64,000 bases of DNA. Origin: Nitrospirota bacterium (lineage in GTDB: Bacteria > Nitrospirota > Thermodesulfovibrionia > Thermodesulfovibrionales > Dissulfurispiraceae). The notes beneath the pieces are model-generated. The model made no database searches. It worked only from the letters and a program-made list of their open reading frames with translations, and was not told where the DNA came from. The stretch is from the NCBI GenBank assembly GCA_963790025.1, contig CAWBMP010000004.1:448001-512000 (forward strand), written 5' to 3'. The translations under genes were made by a program, and so were the position numbers. Positions 39,643 to 50,247 of this stretch are shown piece after piece (position 1 is the first letter of the stretch; the number at the start of each line of letters is the position of its first letter).

Positions 39643-40632
39643 ATTAGGACATTCATACACCATGACGGCGCAATCGGTGACACGCTTCTTTCGTTGCCCT
39701 GCATAAGATTGATCAAAAGAGATTCATCCTTTCTCCATATTGCTGGCCGGCCCGGGCCGGTTCAATTACTGAAAGAGGCCGGGTGCGCGGATGAATTTTC
39801 CGACGCGGGGAGCGGTCATTATTCCTCACTTTATACGTCAACGGCCGGGGAGAATATAAAGAAATTTCTCAAGCGGTTTGACCGTTCTTTCGTTTTCACA
39901 ACTATTCCCGACTCCCAGCTTACTGAAAACATAAAGAAAACCATATCCCGTACCACGCCTGTCATCACTATTCCTCCCGCGGAAACGAAAGAGCATGTGA
40001 CCGAATTCAGACTCAGGCAACTCAGTCCAACTGAATCTCGCAGCCTCCAGCCTCTCCTTGATATTCCCGACAGCTATATTGAAGAGGCAGCCATGCTGCT
40101 CTCTCAGGCGGGATACGTCGCCGGCCCTATGCAGCAGACGATGCCGCTGATTGCACTGCATGCCGGCAGTGGTGGAAAAAGAAAATGCTGGCCCCTTGAA
40201 AATTACCTTGAACTCATGCAAGTCCTGGAGCAGGAGTTCAATCCTTTTTTTATAATATTCTCGGGTCCTGCTGAAGGGCCTGTCATGAAAAACGCATTTG
40301 AGCGCTTTGCAGGTGAGAGAAAGAACTGTCTTCACGCATGCGATAAGCAACTGATTGCTGTTGCGGCGCTTTTTAGTCAGTGCCATCTTTATGTAGGGAA
40401 CGACTCGGGGATCACTCACCTTTCTGCAGCAGTGGGATGTTCAGTGATTGCCATCTTCGGTCCTACCGACCCGTTATTGTGGAAGCCGCAGGGCAGCAAG
40501 GTGCACATTATCTCCCCAGCATCTCCCGCTGGTCTCATTTCAGCTATTACAGTAAATCAGGTATACGAAAAGACTGCGGCAATTCTTGCGGAGACAAACA
40601 AAACTGCAGCAATTACTGAGGAAAGGAAATAA
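39643..40632 (+). CDS. Glycosyltransferase family 9 (heptosyltransferase-like); probable ATT start
   Basis: H.GAIGD.L motif lies upstream of the track's TTG (39694); HAGSG..KCWP, GNDSG.THL, FGPT. Confidence 0.82.
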   Translation: MRTFIHHDGAIGDTLLSLPCIRLIKRDSSFLHIAGRPGPVQLLKEAGCADEFSDAGSGHYSSLYTSTAGENIKKFLKRFDRSFVFTTIPDSQLTENIKKTISRTTPVITIPPAETKEHVTEFRLRQLSPTESRSLQPLLDIPDSYIEEAAMLLSQAGYVAGPMQQTMPLIALHAGSGGKRKCWPLENYLELMQVLEQEFNPFFIIFSGPAEGPVMKNAFERFAGERKNCLHACDKQLIAVAALFSQCHLYVGNDSGITHLSAAVGCSVIAIFGPTDPLLWKPQGSKVHIISPASPAGLISAITVNQVYEKTAAILAETNKTAAITEERK

Positions 40633-40640
40633 TAAAACCA

Positions 40641-42188
40641 TTGAACTGGAAATGCATAATTTCCCTGAATAACGTTGATGTCACAATGCAGGGGCGCGAG
40701 GTATTGTCCGGCATCACTTGGCAACTCAAGCAAGGCGAGCATTGGGCCATTATCGGCGGCAACGGCGCCGGGAAATCAACGCTTTTGAAACTTATAAGGG
40801 GCGAACTATGGCCGGATTCCAGGGACCCAGTCTGCACCCCCAAAAGTCTGCGACTTTCCGGGGACCCCGTCGGCACCCAAGGCACTAGGCAGTATTGTTT
40901 TAACGGCGAGTTGCAGGAAAGCCCGATAGGCGTAAAAAAACATATTGCAATTGTTTCAGCCGAACTGCAGGATGCCTACCACCGGCACCACTGGAACATG
41001 AGCGGCCTCGAGGTAGTATACACCGGTTTTTTTGACAGTGCATGGCTGCATCAGGCGCCGGCCGATGAGCAGAAAGCAGCAGCAGAGCGGGTTCTGCAAG
41101 CACTGAAGCTGAACACTTTACTGGGCAAAAACTTTCTTGAAATGTCCCAGGGCGAGGCGAGGAAAATCCTGATCGCCCGCGCACTGGTTTCCTGCCCGGC
41201 CATACTGGCACTCGATGAGCCATGCAGCGGCCTGGACTTCTCTTCCAGAAGAAAGCTCCTGCGTCTTGTCGAAAAAATTGCCGCAACCGGCACGACTGTA
41301 CTCTATGTCACACACCGCATCGAAGAACTTATTCCATCCATCACCCACGTCCTCATTTTGAGCGGTGGAAAAATAATTGCACAGGGCGAAAAAAATGGCC
41401 TGCTCAGCGGCAATTGCAGTGATGCCTTGCTTTCGGTCGCGGCCAATTCTTCTTTGAAACCGGTGCAACACCATACGCGGATGATCCACAAGGGAAGCCA
41501 ATTAATAAGAATAAGACACGCTGATGTCTTCCTGAAACGCAAAAAAATATTGCGTGATATCTCCTGGGTCATGCGCAAAGGAGAGCACTGGGCTGTCATC
41601 GGCAGGAATGGAGCCGGAAAATCTACTCTGCTCAAACTTATAGCCGGTGACTTATACCCCGCTCTCGGAGGAGAAGTACACCGCTTCGGTGCAAAGGACA
41701 GCGGGAGCGTCTGGGACCTGCGGAAAAGGATCGGCATTGTTTCTCCGGATGTGCAGCATGAATACTCCTACGGCATTAAAGGAATCGATGCGGTCGTGTC
41801 AGGCTTTTTCTCCAGCATAGGTTTATATGATGAGATAACCTCCGCCCAAATAGAGACAGCCCGGTATTGGATGGAATTCTTTGATATCCTGCAACTCAGT
41901 GAACGGTCCCTGTCCTCACTGTCTTACGGGGAACAGCGGAAAATTCTTGTTGCCCGGGCGATGGTGAACAGCCCTGACATACTCATCCTCGACGAACCGT
42001 GCAGCGGACTGGATAGCGCTGCACGCGCCGGGTTTCTTTCGTTCATCACACAGATCGCTGCCGCCGGTGTCGCCCTCATTATGACAACCCATCGCCCGGA
42101 CGAGATACCCCTCTCATTTACTCATATAATGGTCCTGGATAAAGGGAAGATTATTGCACAGGGAAAAAAAGGTGAATTTACTTTTTAG
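40641..42188 (+). CDS. Tandem-domain ABC ATPase (ModF-like)
   Basis: Two Walker A motifs (GNGAGKST), MSQGE/LSYGE signatures, LDEP. Confidence 0.85.
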   Translation: MNWKCIISLNNVDVTMQGREVLSGITWQLKQGEHWAIIGGNGAGKSTLLKLIRGELWPDSRDPVCTPKSLRLSGDPVGTQGTRQYCFNGELQESPIGVKKHIAIVSAELQDAYHRHHWNMSGLEVVYTGFFDSAWLHQAPADEQKAAAERVLQALKLNTLLGKNFLEMSQGEARKILIARALVSCPAILALDEPCSGLDFSSRRKLLRLVEKIAATGTTVLYVTHRIEELIPSITHVLILSGGKIIAQGEKNGLLSGNCSDALLSVAANSSLKPVQHHTRMIHKGSQLIRIRHADVFLKRKKILRDISWVMRKGEHWAVIGRNGAGKSTLLKLIAGDLYPALGGEVHRFGAKDSGSVWDLRKRIGIVSPDVQHEYSYGIKGIDAVVSGFFSSIGLYDEITSAQIETARYWMEFFDILQLSERSLSSLSYGEQRKILVARAMVNSPDILILDEPCSGLDSAARAGFLSFITQIAAAGVALIMTTHRPDEIPLSFTHIMVLDKGKIIAQGKKGEFTF

Positions 42189-43266
42189 GACAACTTCTCG
42201 GGATCAGTGCTGTTATTGTGGCGCCTTCATTTGGTCTACCGCTTATCCGCAGTTCGCCATTACAAATATGAACACGCTCCCGCATCCCTACAAGACCGAA
42301 CGAATTGGCCTTTGAAAGCTGCTCCACCGTAAATCCGACGCCGTTGTCGGCAATCTGAAGCATTATGCTGTTGTCTTGTTCAGTTAAAACAGCCTTGACA
42401 TTTGTTGCCTTCGAATGGCGAAGCACGTTCGTAAGGGCTTCCTGAAAAATCCTGAAAAGCACAGTAGCCTGATCTCTGTCGGCTGTAATGTTATAGGGCT
42501 TAAGCGTAACCTCACATTTAATTCCGCTTCTCTTCTGAAATTCCTCGGCCTGCCACTGAAGGGCGGCGCCAAGGCCAAGATGGTCCAGGATCGCGGGCCT
42601 TAACTCTGTACAAATCTTTTTTACGGTCAGTATGGTCGAATTAACAATGTCTACGTCTGCCTTCAGTTGCTCCACTAGGGTCGCATTCCCGTTACCGTTT
42701 TGAAGTTTTTCTGCTATCAGGGAGAGGTCTATTTTTAAAGCGGTCAGTGCCTGCCCGAGTTCATCGTGTATTTCGCGAGCAATATTCGTTCTCTCTTCTT
42801 CCCTGGCGGATTGCAGATGGGCTGCAAGAGATCTTAATTGTTCATGAGATTTTCTCAGTTCCATAACGGCCTTCCTGCGCTCCGACCGCTCCCTTGTCTC
42901 CCTCAAAGCCCTTTGGACGGATGATGCAAGCCTTGCAATACCGGTTTTCAAAACATAGTCTGTGGCACCATAACGGAGAGTTTCGATGGCAAGTTCCTCG
43001 CCCATTTTCCCGGTCACAAAAATGAACGGTATATCCGGGCATCTTTCTTTTGCGATATCGAGAGCAGAAAAGCCGTTAAAGCCCGGCAGCGAATAGTCGG
43101 AAAGGATTATATCAAAGTCGCCCTTATCTAATGTCGTGATAAAATCATCGCGTGTGTCTACACGGCGTATATTACAGGCGGTACCTTCCTCCTCAAGGGC
43201 ACATTCAACGAGTTCGGCGTCAAGAGGATCGTCTTCCAGATGCAGAATTCGCAAAGACCAGGCCAT
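42178..43266 (-). CDS. Receiver-domain-fused NarX/UhpB-type (HisKA_3) histidine kinase
   Basis: N-terminal REC; EERTNIAREIHDELGQ, QEALTNV, DNGVG, GLVGMRER. Confidence 0.9.
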   Translation of the reverse strand: MAWSLRILHLEDDPLDAELVECALEEEGTACNIRRVDTRDDFITTLDKGDFDIILSDYSLPGFNGFSALDIAKERCPDIPFIFVTGKMGEELAIETLRYGATDYVLKTGIARLASSVQRALRETRERSERRKAVMELRKSHEQLRSLAAHLQSAREEERTNIAREIHDELGQALTALKIDLSLIAEKLQNGNGNATLVEQLKADVDIVNSTILTVKKICTELRPAILDHLGLGAALQWQAEEFQKRSGIKCEVTLKPYNITADRDQATVLFRIFQEALTNVLRHSKATNVKAVLTEQDNSIMLQIADNGVGFTVEQLSKANSFGLVGMRERVHICNGELRISGRPNEGATITALIPRSCPKK

Positions 43267-43349
43267 CTGATAATCTCCCTTATACTTATCAACGTATTGT
43301 CAAAACCTGATGGGCCTTAGTATATCAGAATAATTTAAAAATAAAAAAA

Positions 43350-45965
43350 TTAACTCTTACCGTAACTCCTTTGAACAAACCTCATCTCTTCCTCTTTCGA
43401 GGCAAGGCGGCCCGTCAGTTTCTCATCGAGTATCCTGCCGAAAATCTCTGAGTAAACCGGTCCCGGCTGAATGCCGAGTTTTTTCAGATCGTCGCCTTTT
43501 GCAAGAGGCCGCACATGCCTCAACTCAAGCAAAAAACGCGATATGGCCTTTTTCTTCTCACTGTCCTGGGTCAGCGCCATGTTGAACAGGATGACTTCAA
43601 TATCACAGTCCTTCAGAGTGTGGTATATATTGACAGGGCTGTCGGGTTTGAGCTGTTTTGTTATGCCCTGAGCGGTATGCAGTGTCTTGAGTATGTGTTC
43701 GCGGGGCTTTAAAGGAACGGCGAGTCTGCTAAGGGCCGATTCACGGTCCGCGTTGTTCAGTTTGTAAAGCAGAGCTGCCAGATAGAGCATACCCTTCTCG
43801 CAGGGCTCATCCAGGAAAAGCAGTTCAAACCATGAGATGGTGTCATGAACAGACTGGAGAAACGCTTCAAGTTGGGAGGAAAAGGCCAGACTGGGGTGAA
43901 TGACCTTAAGGAGCCCGTAATCTCCGAGCCGTTTGACCGCCTTTATCGGGTTAGTCTCATTAAATGTCAGCACAAGCTCATCATAAAGCCTTGACCCGGA
44001 AAGTTTCTCGAAAATGTTCAACCTCAGGGCAAGCTTGATGAGGTTCTCAGTGTGCTTCGTGAGCTTGAAACCGAAACGTTCCGAGAAGCGTATCGCCCTG
44101 AAAGCCCTCGTGGGGTCTTCAACAAAACTGAGATTATGGAGTACCCTGATAACCTTGTCTTTCAAATCGCGCTGCCCTCCGAAGAAGTCCAGCAAGAGGC
44201 CCAGGTCTTTTTTGTTCAGCTTGACTGCAAGGGTATTGATGGTAAAGTCGCGTCGGTACAGGTCTTTTTTTATGGATGAAGTCTCCACCTTGGGCAGCGC
44301 AGCAGGTGACTCGTAATACTCGGTCCGCGCCGTAGCAACATCGATCTTCAGCGGAGGAAGTATCACCTGCGCTGTGCCGAATTTCTGGTGCACCGTAATC
44401 TTGGAACCTGTTTTTTTCCCAAGGGTCCTGGCAAAGGATATCCCGTCGCCCTCAACAACAATATCTATATCGAGGTTTCCGTCACCTCTCAACATGTCAC
44501 GTACACAACCACCCACAAGATACACGCCTATTCCGAGTTCATCGCCGGCCTCCCCTGCCCTGACGAGGAATTCATAAATATGCTTCGGCAATTTTTCTTT
44601 GAGAAGCCCTCCTATACTCCTGCCGAACCCGCTGTAAGCCTCGCCTGGGACGGGCTCCCGCGCCGAAACCTTGCTCTTTCTTAAAAAATCCTCATATAGA
44701 GCCCGCAGTATGTCAGTCCTTGTCACTGCCCCGACAATCTTATCCTCAGACAGCACAGTGACAAACCGCTGATTATTTTCGATCATGTCCTTTTCCACTT
44801 CTGCAACAGGAGCATCAGGCCAAGTTGTCAGCGCATCGCTCGTGGCAAAGTCCGAGCACCTGTTCCTCCCGATCCCATGGAAGAGCGCCTTCTCGATCAC
44901 CCCCCTGGTGATGACTCCCAGGTACCGGCCCTCTTTCACTACCGGTAGAGCATTAACGCCGTAACGTGTCATCACGCGCTCGGCCTCTTTTATGCTGCTG
45001 TTCCACTGAACTACAATAACCGGCCTGGTCATCACATCCTGGACCATTTTCGCAGGGCGTATGTGTTTGTGCAGCATAGCGGTCAATTTCTCCTCCACAA
45101 TCTCAAAAGGCACATCTTTTATCGTGGCCGATGCCGCAGTCGGGTGACCGCCTCCTCCGAATTCGGCCATTAAATGAGCCACATCAAGCTCGGATACCCT
45201 GCTCCGCGCCACCATAAGAATCTTGTCCGCCATCCCGATCAGCAGAATAACGGCTTCGCCTTCTTCCATATCCATGATCTGATGGGCCAGGTGCGCAACA
45301 TCGCCGAACCCCTCCATCGTGCCTTTCCCTATCTTGATCCGTATGCCCTGGATAACAACCTCTTCAAGAGACTTTACCAGTTCATTCAGAAGGGAGAACT
45401 CTTCCCTGGTGATCTCCTCTTTAAGAAAATCGGACACAATATTAAGATTGGCGCCCTGCCTGATAAGATACGCCACCGCCAGGAGATCGCGCGGGGTCGT
45501 CGGGGCAAACAGCAGAGAACCTGTTTCCTGATAAATGCCCATACAGAGGGCAGTCGCTTCGAGGGGACTCAGGTGGATATTCCTTGTCTGGATGATTTCT
45601 GTAAAGATGGTCGAAACGGCGCCTGCAATTTCAATCACCTCCACCTCGCCCCTGATGTCGTCTTTTGATGGAGGATGGTGATCATAAATATGCACCTTTA
45701 CGCCGGGCCTTGAAAGGAGTTCTTTAAAAATGCCGATACGACCGGGATGCTTAGTGTCAACGACAATCAATCGCCTGACCTCATCAAGTGAGATGTCCCT
45801 CAGCTTCTTTATCTCAATCGGCTGAAAGGCATCCATAAAATCCCTCACCTTTTTCTCCATAGATCCGGGCAAGACGATAATGGCATCGGGATAGAGCTTC
45901 TTCGCCGCGATCATCGAGGCAAGCGAGTCGAAATCGGTATTTAAATGTGAAGTTATAACGTCCAT
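43350..45965 (-). CDS. DHH-DHHA1-CBS-fused tRNA nucleotidyltransferase (poly(A) polymerase/CCA family)
   Basis: DFD / DHH / GGGGH, CBS pair, VGGCVRD, DIDI, RRDFTIN, EDPTR. Confidence 0.9.
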   Translation of the reverse strand: MDVITSHLNTDFDSLASMIAAKKLYPDAIIVLPGSMEKKVRDFMDAFQPIEIKKLRDISLDEVRRLIVVDTKHPGRIGIFKELLSRPGVKVHIYDHHPPSKDDIRGEVEVIEIAGAVSTIFTEIIQTRNIHLSPLEATALCMGIYQETGSLLFAPTTPRDLLAVAYLIRQGANLNIVSDFLKEEITREEFSLLNELVKSLEEVVIQGIRIKIGKGTMEGFGDVAHLAHQIMDMEEGEAVILLIGMADKILMVARSRVSELDVAHLMAEFGGGGHPTAASATIKDVPFEIVEEKLTAMLHKHIRPAKMVQDVMTRPVIVVQWNSSIKEAERVMTRYGVNALPVVKEGRYLGVITRGVIEKALFHGIGRNRCSDFATSDALTTWPDAPVAEVEKDMIENNQRFVTVLSEDKIVGAVTRTDILRALYEDFLRKSKVSAREPVPGEAYSGFGRSIGGLLKEKLPKHIYEFLVRAGEAGDELGIGVYLVGGCVRDMLRGDGNLDIDIVVEGDGISFARTLGKKTGSKITVHQKFGTAQVILPPLKIDVATARTEYYESPAALPKVETSSIKKDLYRRDFTINTLAVKLNKKDLGLLLDFFGGQRDLKDKVIRVLHNLSFVEDPTRAFRAIRFSERFGFKLTKHTENLIKLALRLNIFEKLSGSRLYDELVLTFNETNPIKAVKRLGDYGLLKVIHPSLAFSSQLEAFLQSVHDTISWFELLFLDEPCEKGMLYLAALLYKLNNADRESALSRLAVPLKPREHILKTLHTAQGITKQLKPDSPVNIYHTLKDCDIEVILFNMALTQDSEKKKAISRFLLELRHVRPLAKGDDLKKLGIQPGPVYSEIFGRILDEKLTGRLASKEEEMRFVQRSYGKS

Positions 45966-46204
45966 AAAATATAGAATACTATAGTTCACGCGTTATTTGT
46001 GAGTTGTTCCTGAAAATCCTGCGATTCTTGTGCAGTCCGGTAACGGAGTTATGGTGAATTCAATTCTTTCCCATATTCCCCGATAATAATATTGCCAAGG
46101 ATGGTGATATATGATGACCAAGACGCAATTGCCTGAAATCCTGCGTAAAAGGCCCCTTTATACCTGGATTTACGACTTCGACTTATGAAAATTATGGGAC
46201 AAAT

Positions 46205-47365
46205 ATGAATCGGAAGAATATGTCCATAGTGGAGAAAATCAGGGAGGGTTATAGCCTTCCCGTGCTTTCCCCCATTGCCATACGCCTCGGTGAACTTGCA
46301 TCAAGCGAAAGCTCATCAGTCAATGATCTTGCCGGTCTTATAACAAAAGACCCATCCCTTGCCGTGCGCATACTAAGGATTGCAAACTCGGCATTCTATG
46401 GAAACATAGGGCAGATCACCACCATAGAGTACGCAGTCATGAAAATCGGCTTCATGCGGCTCAGGAACATGGCGCTTGCCATTTCCCTCAGGGACACTTT
46501 TCCTATGGGGAAGGTAGGCCCCATGGATTATGAGGATTTCTGGAAATCTTCCATGTACAGGGCCATCATTGCAAAAAATCTTGCCAGGCAATCCAAAAAA
46601 TTCAACCCTGACGAGGCATTCATTGCCGGACTGACGCTTGAGATGGGACTGTTGATCCTTTTTGACCTTTTTATCAAAAACAAAATTGATTACATGCCGG
46701 ACTCCTACCCCCTGGAGACACTTCTTGACTGGGAACGGCAACAGTTCGGTGTCACCCACCGTGAAATAGGGCAATGGGCGCTTAAATACTGGAATTTCCC
46801 GACAATTATGGTTGAATGCCAGGAGGTCCTGACCGGAAAAAGGCATGACAGAGTTCCTCCCCTTGCATTACTCTGTGATACGGCACGCAGGTTCTCGTAT
46901 CTGATCAGCGAAAAATCAGCCGGATGGCATCTCATATTCACCGAGGTAGAGATAATTTATGGTATAAAAAGCTCGATACTTACGTCTCTCCTTGTGTCGG
47001 CATTTCATGATGTGCAGGAGATTTCAGAAAGCCTGCATGTGAAGATGAGCAGGGAAGAGGACCTGATAGAACTCCTGGAGAAAGTGAAATATACGCTTCA
47101 ACAGATAGACCAGACAATATCAAAATGGATAATTTATATGCGCGATGTGAAAGGCCAGGACGGACCGGACCCAACGGTCCAATACTCGCTGACGGAAAAA
47201 CTGCACCTGGTTGCTCTAGAAATCGCAAAACCGCTGGCAAACATGCGGGAATTTATGGATAATCTTGTTCCTGCTGTCAGTCACACTTCCAGGGAGTGGA
47301 AATACGTAACTGCAGTCAGTGGCGAAGTAAAGAAGGTTGAACTGGCAGCCCTGCTTTTGAAATAG
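46205..47365 (+). CDS. HDOD-domain protein with a degenerate HisKA-like tail
   Basis: LP.L, DP.L..RILRIANSAFYG, ER..FG.TH..IG...L..W. Confidence 0.82.
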   Translation: MNRKNMSIVEKIREGYSLPVLSPIAIRLGELASSESSSVNDLAGLITKDPSLAVRILRIANSAFYGNIGQITTIEYAVMKIGFMRLRNMALAISLRDTFPMGKVGPMDYEDFWKSSMYRAIIAKNLARQSKKFNPDEAFIAGLTLEMGLLILFDLFIKNKIDYMPDSYPLETLLDWERQQFGVTHREIGQWALKYWNFPTIMVECQEVLTGKRHDRVPPLALLCDTARRFSYLISEKSAGWHLIFTEVEIIYGIKSSILTSLLVSAFHDVQEISESLHVKMSREEDLIELLEKVKYTLQQIDQTISKWIIYMRDVKGQDGPDPTVQYSLTEKLHLVALEIAKPLANMREFMDNLVPAVSHTSREWKYVTAVSGEVKKVELAALLLK

Positions 47366-47485
47366 GGAAACTCTCCCTATTAACCCTACCAAATTGACTT
47401 ATCACCCGCCAAAATTTTAAAATGTGAAGACGACTCTTGAATTTCAAAGATTTAAGGCAGTTAAAGACAAAGGGGTAACAAAGCT

Positions 47486-48601
47486 ATGTGCAGACTGGCT
47501 GCTATCACGTCAAAAGATTACATTTCGCCGATGGATCCCATTGTCGCCCTCGAAACCATGAAGGAGGGGCATGACGGCTCCGGCCTCGGCCTCACGTTCA
47601 AAGACCTCGGGGGGGCGTTCGAGAAGCTGAAGAAATATCCGGTAATGTCGGGCATCTGCTCCAATGCCGGTAAAAAAACCCTCGAGGAGTTCATGAAAAA
47701 GGAGGGGTTTACCCTCAAGCATGAATGGAAACCGAAAATAAAGCAGGTTAAAGGCGTTACCGCCCGCGATTATTATTTTGCGAGGGTTTATGACTATCCT
47801 GTTGCCTTCAGGAATAAACCGCTTCAGGAAAAAGAGGACCTCCTCATGAATACCCGGTTGGCGCTCCGGAAAATCGGCGAGCCGGACGAGTCGATATTCG
47901 TTTTTTCGTTTTATCCGGACGTCCTGACTTTAAAAGAGGTGGGTGATCCTCTTCGGTTAGCAGAGTTCTTCGGTCTTGACGATGACAGACTCAAGGCCAG
48001 GATTATTCTGGCCCAGGGAAGACAAAACACCAACTACGCGATCTATCTGTATGCCTGCCACCCGTTCTTCATTCAGGGCTTTTGCTCTATGACGAATGGG
48101 GAAAATACCGCCTTTGTCCCCATAAGAGAATTCCTCTCCAGCAGGGGCTTTCCGGGATACATGGGATACAACAGCGACAGCGAAGTGTTTACGCACATAT
48201 TGCATTATACGGTAAGACAGCTGCATCTGCCCCTGCCTTATTATAAAGATGTTATTACACCGCTGAAATCAACCGAGATCGGGCAGCGGCCAGACGGGGA
48301 TGCCCTGAGGCTTATGAAACAATCCTTGCGCTCTCTCTGCATTGACGGACCGAATGTAATCATCGGCTTTACTCCCGATGGCACCTGCTTCATGGTGCAT
48401 GACTCAAAAAAACTGAGGCCCGGCACTGTTGGCGGTGTAAAAGGAAGATATGCATTAATGTCAGAGGAATGCGGCGTTGACGCTTCGGTCCCCAAACGGG
48501 ACAGGAGCAAAGACATATTCCCGATGAAATATGATATGGTGATCGTTTCGCCGCAGGCGCAGGAGGTAAGGGTATGGAACCAGCTACACGGTCAAATATA
48601 A
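47486..48601 (+). CDS. Glutamate-synthase-like class II glutamine amidotransferase subunit
   Basis: N-terminal MCR (Ntn Cys), GRQNTN, HPF, NGE, SDSEV, DGP, KLRP. Confidence 0.85.
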   Translation: MCRLAAITSKDYISPMDPIVALETMKEGHDGSGLGLTFKDLGGAFEKLKKYPVMSGICSNAGKKTLEEFMKKEGFTLKHEWKPKIKQVKGVTARDYYFARVYDYPVAFRNKPLQEKEDLLMNTRLALRKIGEPDESIFVFSFYPDVLTLKEVGDPLRLAEFFGLDDDRLKARIILAQGRQNTNYAIYLYACHPFFIQGFCSMTNGENTAFVPIREFLSSRGFPGYMGYNSDSEVFTHILHYTVRQLHLPLPYYKDVITPLKSTEIGQRPDGDALRLMKQSLRSLCIDGPNVIIGFTPDGTCFMVHDSKKLRPGTVGGVKGRYALMSEECGVDASVPKRDRSKDIFPMKYDMVIVSPQAQEVRVWNQLHGQI

Positions 48602-50247
48602 CATTGGACCATAATCATCAGCTCTCACTGAGAGAGTTTCCATATATAATCAGATGGCGGGATGACCGCTGCAAGCGGTGCGGCAAGTGTACCGCGGTTT
48701 GCCCGGTTAAAGCTATAGTCCCCGCAGTTAAAGTTCAGAGATTTGTCAGGTCAGAAGGACCGGTGCCGGCGCCAACAGCGACCAGGACGACAATTCAGAT
48801 AGTGGAACAAGTGACCGATATGGAGCGCTACTGCACCGGCTGCGGGGCCTGTACTCTGGTATGTCCCAATGAAGCGATAGAACCGGAGTTCAATTTCCAG
48901 AACAAATTCCTCCATTACAAAAACAAAGGCGGTGATGCCTACAAGCGCGGCGGAAGGAGAAACGACCCCTCAGTGTCTACACTGGACAGGCTTAAATTCA
49001 CGAGGATTTCAATGCTTACCGATCCCGCGCTAGACGCAGCCAGGCACGAATTCCGTATACGGTCGCTCCTGGGAAGAATACTGCCTCCCGAGGCGATGCC
49101 GCTCACCGTGCATGACGATATTCTGGGAATAAATAAAAAAAGCGGCGGGTTTATTCCACCTGTGCGGGAGATATTCCCCATCATGATCGGCAGCATGTCT
49201 ATCGGCGCCCTTTCACCCCCTATGTGGGAAGGACTTGCCATGGGTGTTGCCTATTTGAATGAGGTTGAAGGACTGCCGGTAGTTATGGCGTCCGGTGAGG
49301 GTGGAATGCCGCCCCGGCTGACGAGATCAAAATACCTCAAGTATTTCATCCTGCAGATTGCTTCCGGCTATTTTGGATGGGACGAAATCATCCGTGCCCT
49401 GCCCGAAATGGTGGAAGACCCGGCGGCCATTGAAATTAAATACGGACAGGGCGCAAAGCCCGGTGACGGCGGTCTCCTTATGGCCCAAAAGGTATTAAAG
49501 CTCATAGCAAAAATACGCGGTGTTCCGCAGTTTGTCGATCTCTCATCACCTCCTACGCATCAGACCAAGTATTCTATTGAAGAGGCAGTTGCAAAGATGA
49601 TCCTGTCGATGTCGATGGCCTGGGGCTTCAGAGTACCCGTGTATCCTAAGATATCAGGGACCAAGACTGCCAGGGCGGTGCTGAACAACCTTGCGCGGAA
49701 CCCCTATGCGGCGGCCCTCTCGATTGACGGCGAGGACGGCGGCACCGGCGCAGCCTACAATGTATCAATGGATAAAATGGGCCACCCTATCGCTTCCAAT
49801 ATACGCGAGTGTTATCTTGATCTTGTGAAGCAAGGAAAGCAAAACGAGCTCCCGTTGATCGCGGCAGGCGGCGTCGGCAAAAAAGGCAACCTGGCTGCGA
49901 ATACGGCTGCCCTCATTATGCTCGGCGCATCGGCGGTTTCAATAGGCAAATACTTAATGCAGGCGACAGCGGACTGCTTCGGCGACGAATACAACCGCTG
50001 CAATCTCTGCAACACCGGGAAATGTCCCCGCGGCATTACGACCCAGGACCCGAAACTCTACCGTAGGCTGGATGCCGACAAAGTTGCTGAGCGCGTGGTA
50101 GAGGTCTTCAAGGCTGCCGACGTTGAATTGCGGAAGATATTTGCGCCCATGGGCAGGAGCACCGAGCTTCCTATCGGCATGTCCGACGGATTAAGTATCG
50201 ACGATAAAGCAATGGCAGAGAGGTTGGGGATAAGTTATGCGTGTTAA
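48574..50247 (+). CDS. Glutamate-synthase-like FMN-binding subunit with N-terminal 2[4Fe-4S] domain
   Basis: CxxCxxCxxxCP twice, MSIGALS, SGEGG, EIKYGQGAKPGDGG, GGTGAA, C.TGKCPRGITTQ. Confidence 0.88.
   Translation: MEPATRSNITLDHNHQLSLREFPYIIRWRDDRCKRCGKCTAVCPVKAIVPAVKVQRFVRSEGPVPAPTATRTTIQIVEQVTDMERYCTGCGACTLVCPNEAIEPEFNFQNKFLHYKNKGGDAYKRGGRRNDPSVSTLDRLKFTRISMLTDPALDAARHEFRIRSLLGRILPPEAMPLTVHDDILGINKKSGGFIPPVREIFPIMIGSMSIGALSPPMWEGLAMGVAYLNEVEGLPVVMASGEGGMPPRLTRSKYLKYFILQIASGYFGWDEIIRALPEMVEDPAAIEIKYGQGAKPGDGGLLMAQKVLKLIAKIRGVPQFVDLSSPPTHQTKYSIEEAVAKMILSMSMAWGFRVPVYPKISGTKTARAVLNNLARNPYAAALSIDGEDGGTGAAYNVSMDKMGHPIASNIRECYLDLVKQGKQNELPLIAAGGVGKKGNLAANTAALIMLGASAVSIGKYLMQATADCFGDEYNRCNLCNTGKCPRGITTQDPKLYRRLDADKVAERVVEVFKAADVELRKIFAPMGRSTELPIGMSDGLSIDDKAMAERLGISYAC

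Noticed and set aside
46110..46190. Possible ~25 aa sORF (MMTKTQLPEILRKRPLYTWIYDFDL) before the HDOD gene
   Set aside because: Only a weak SD and no motif or other support; cannot be distinguished from chance
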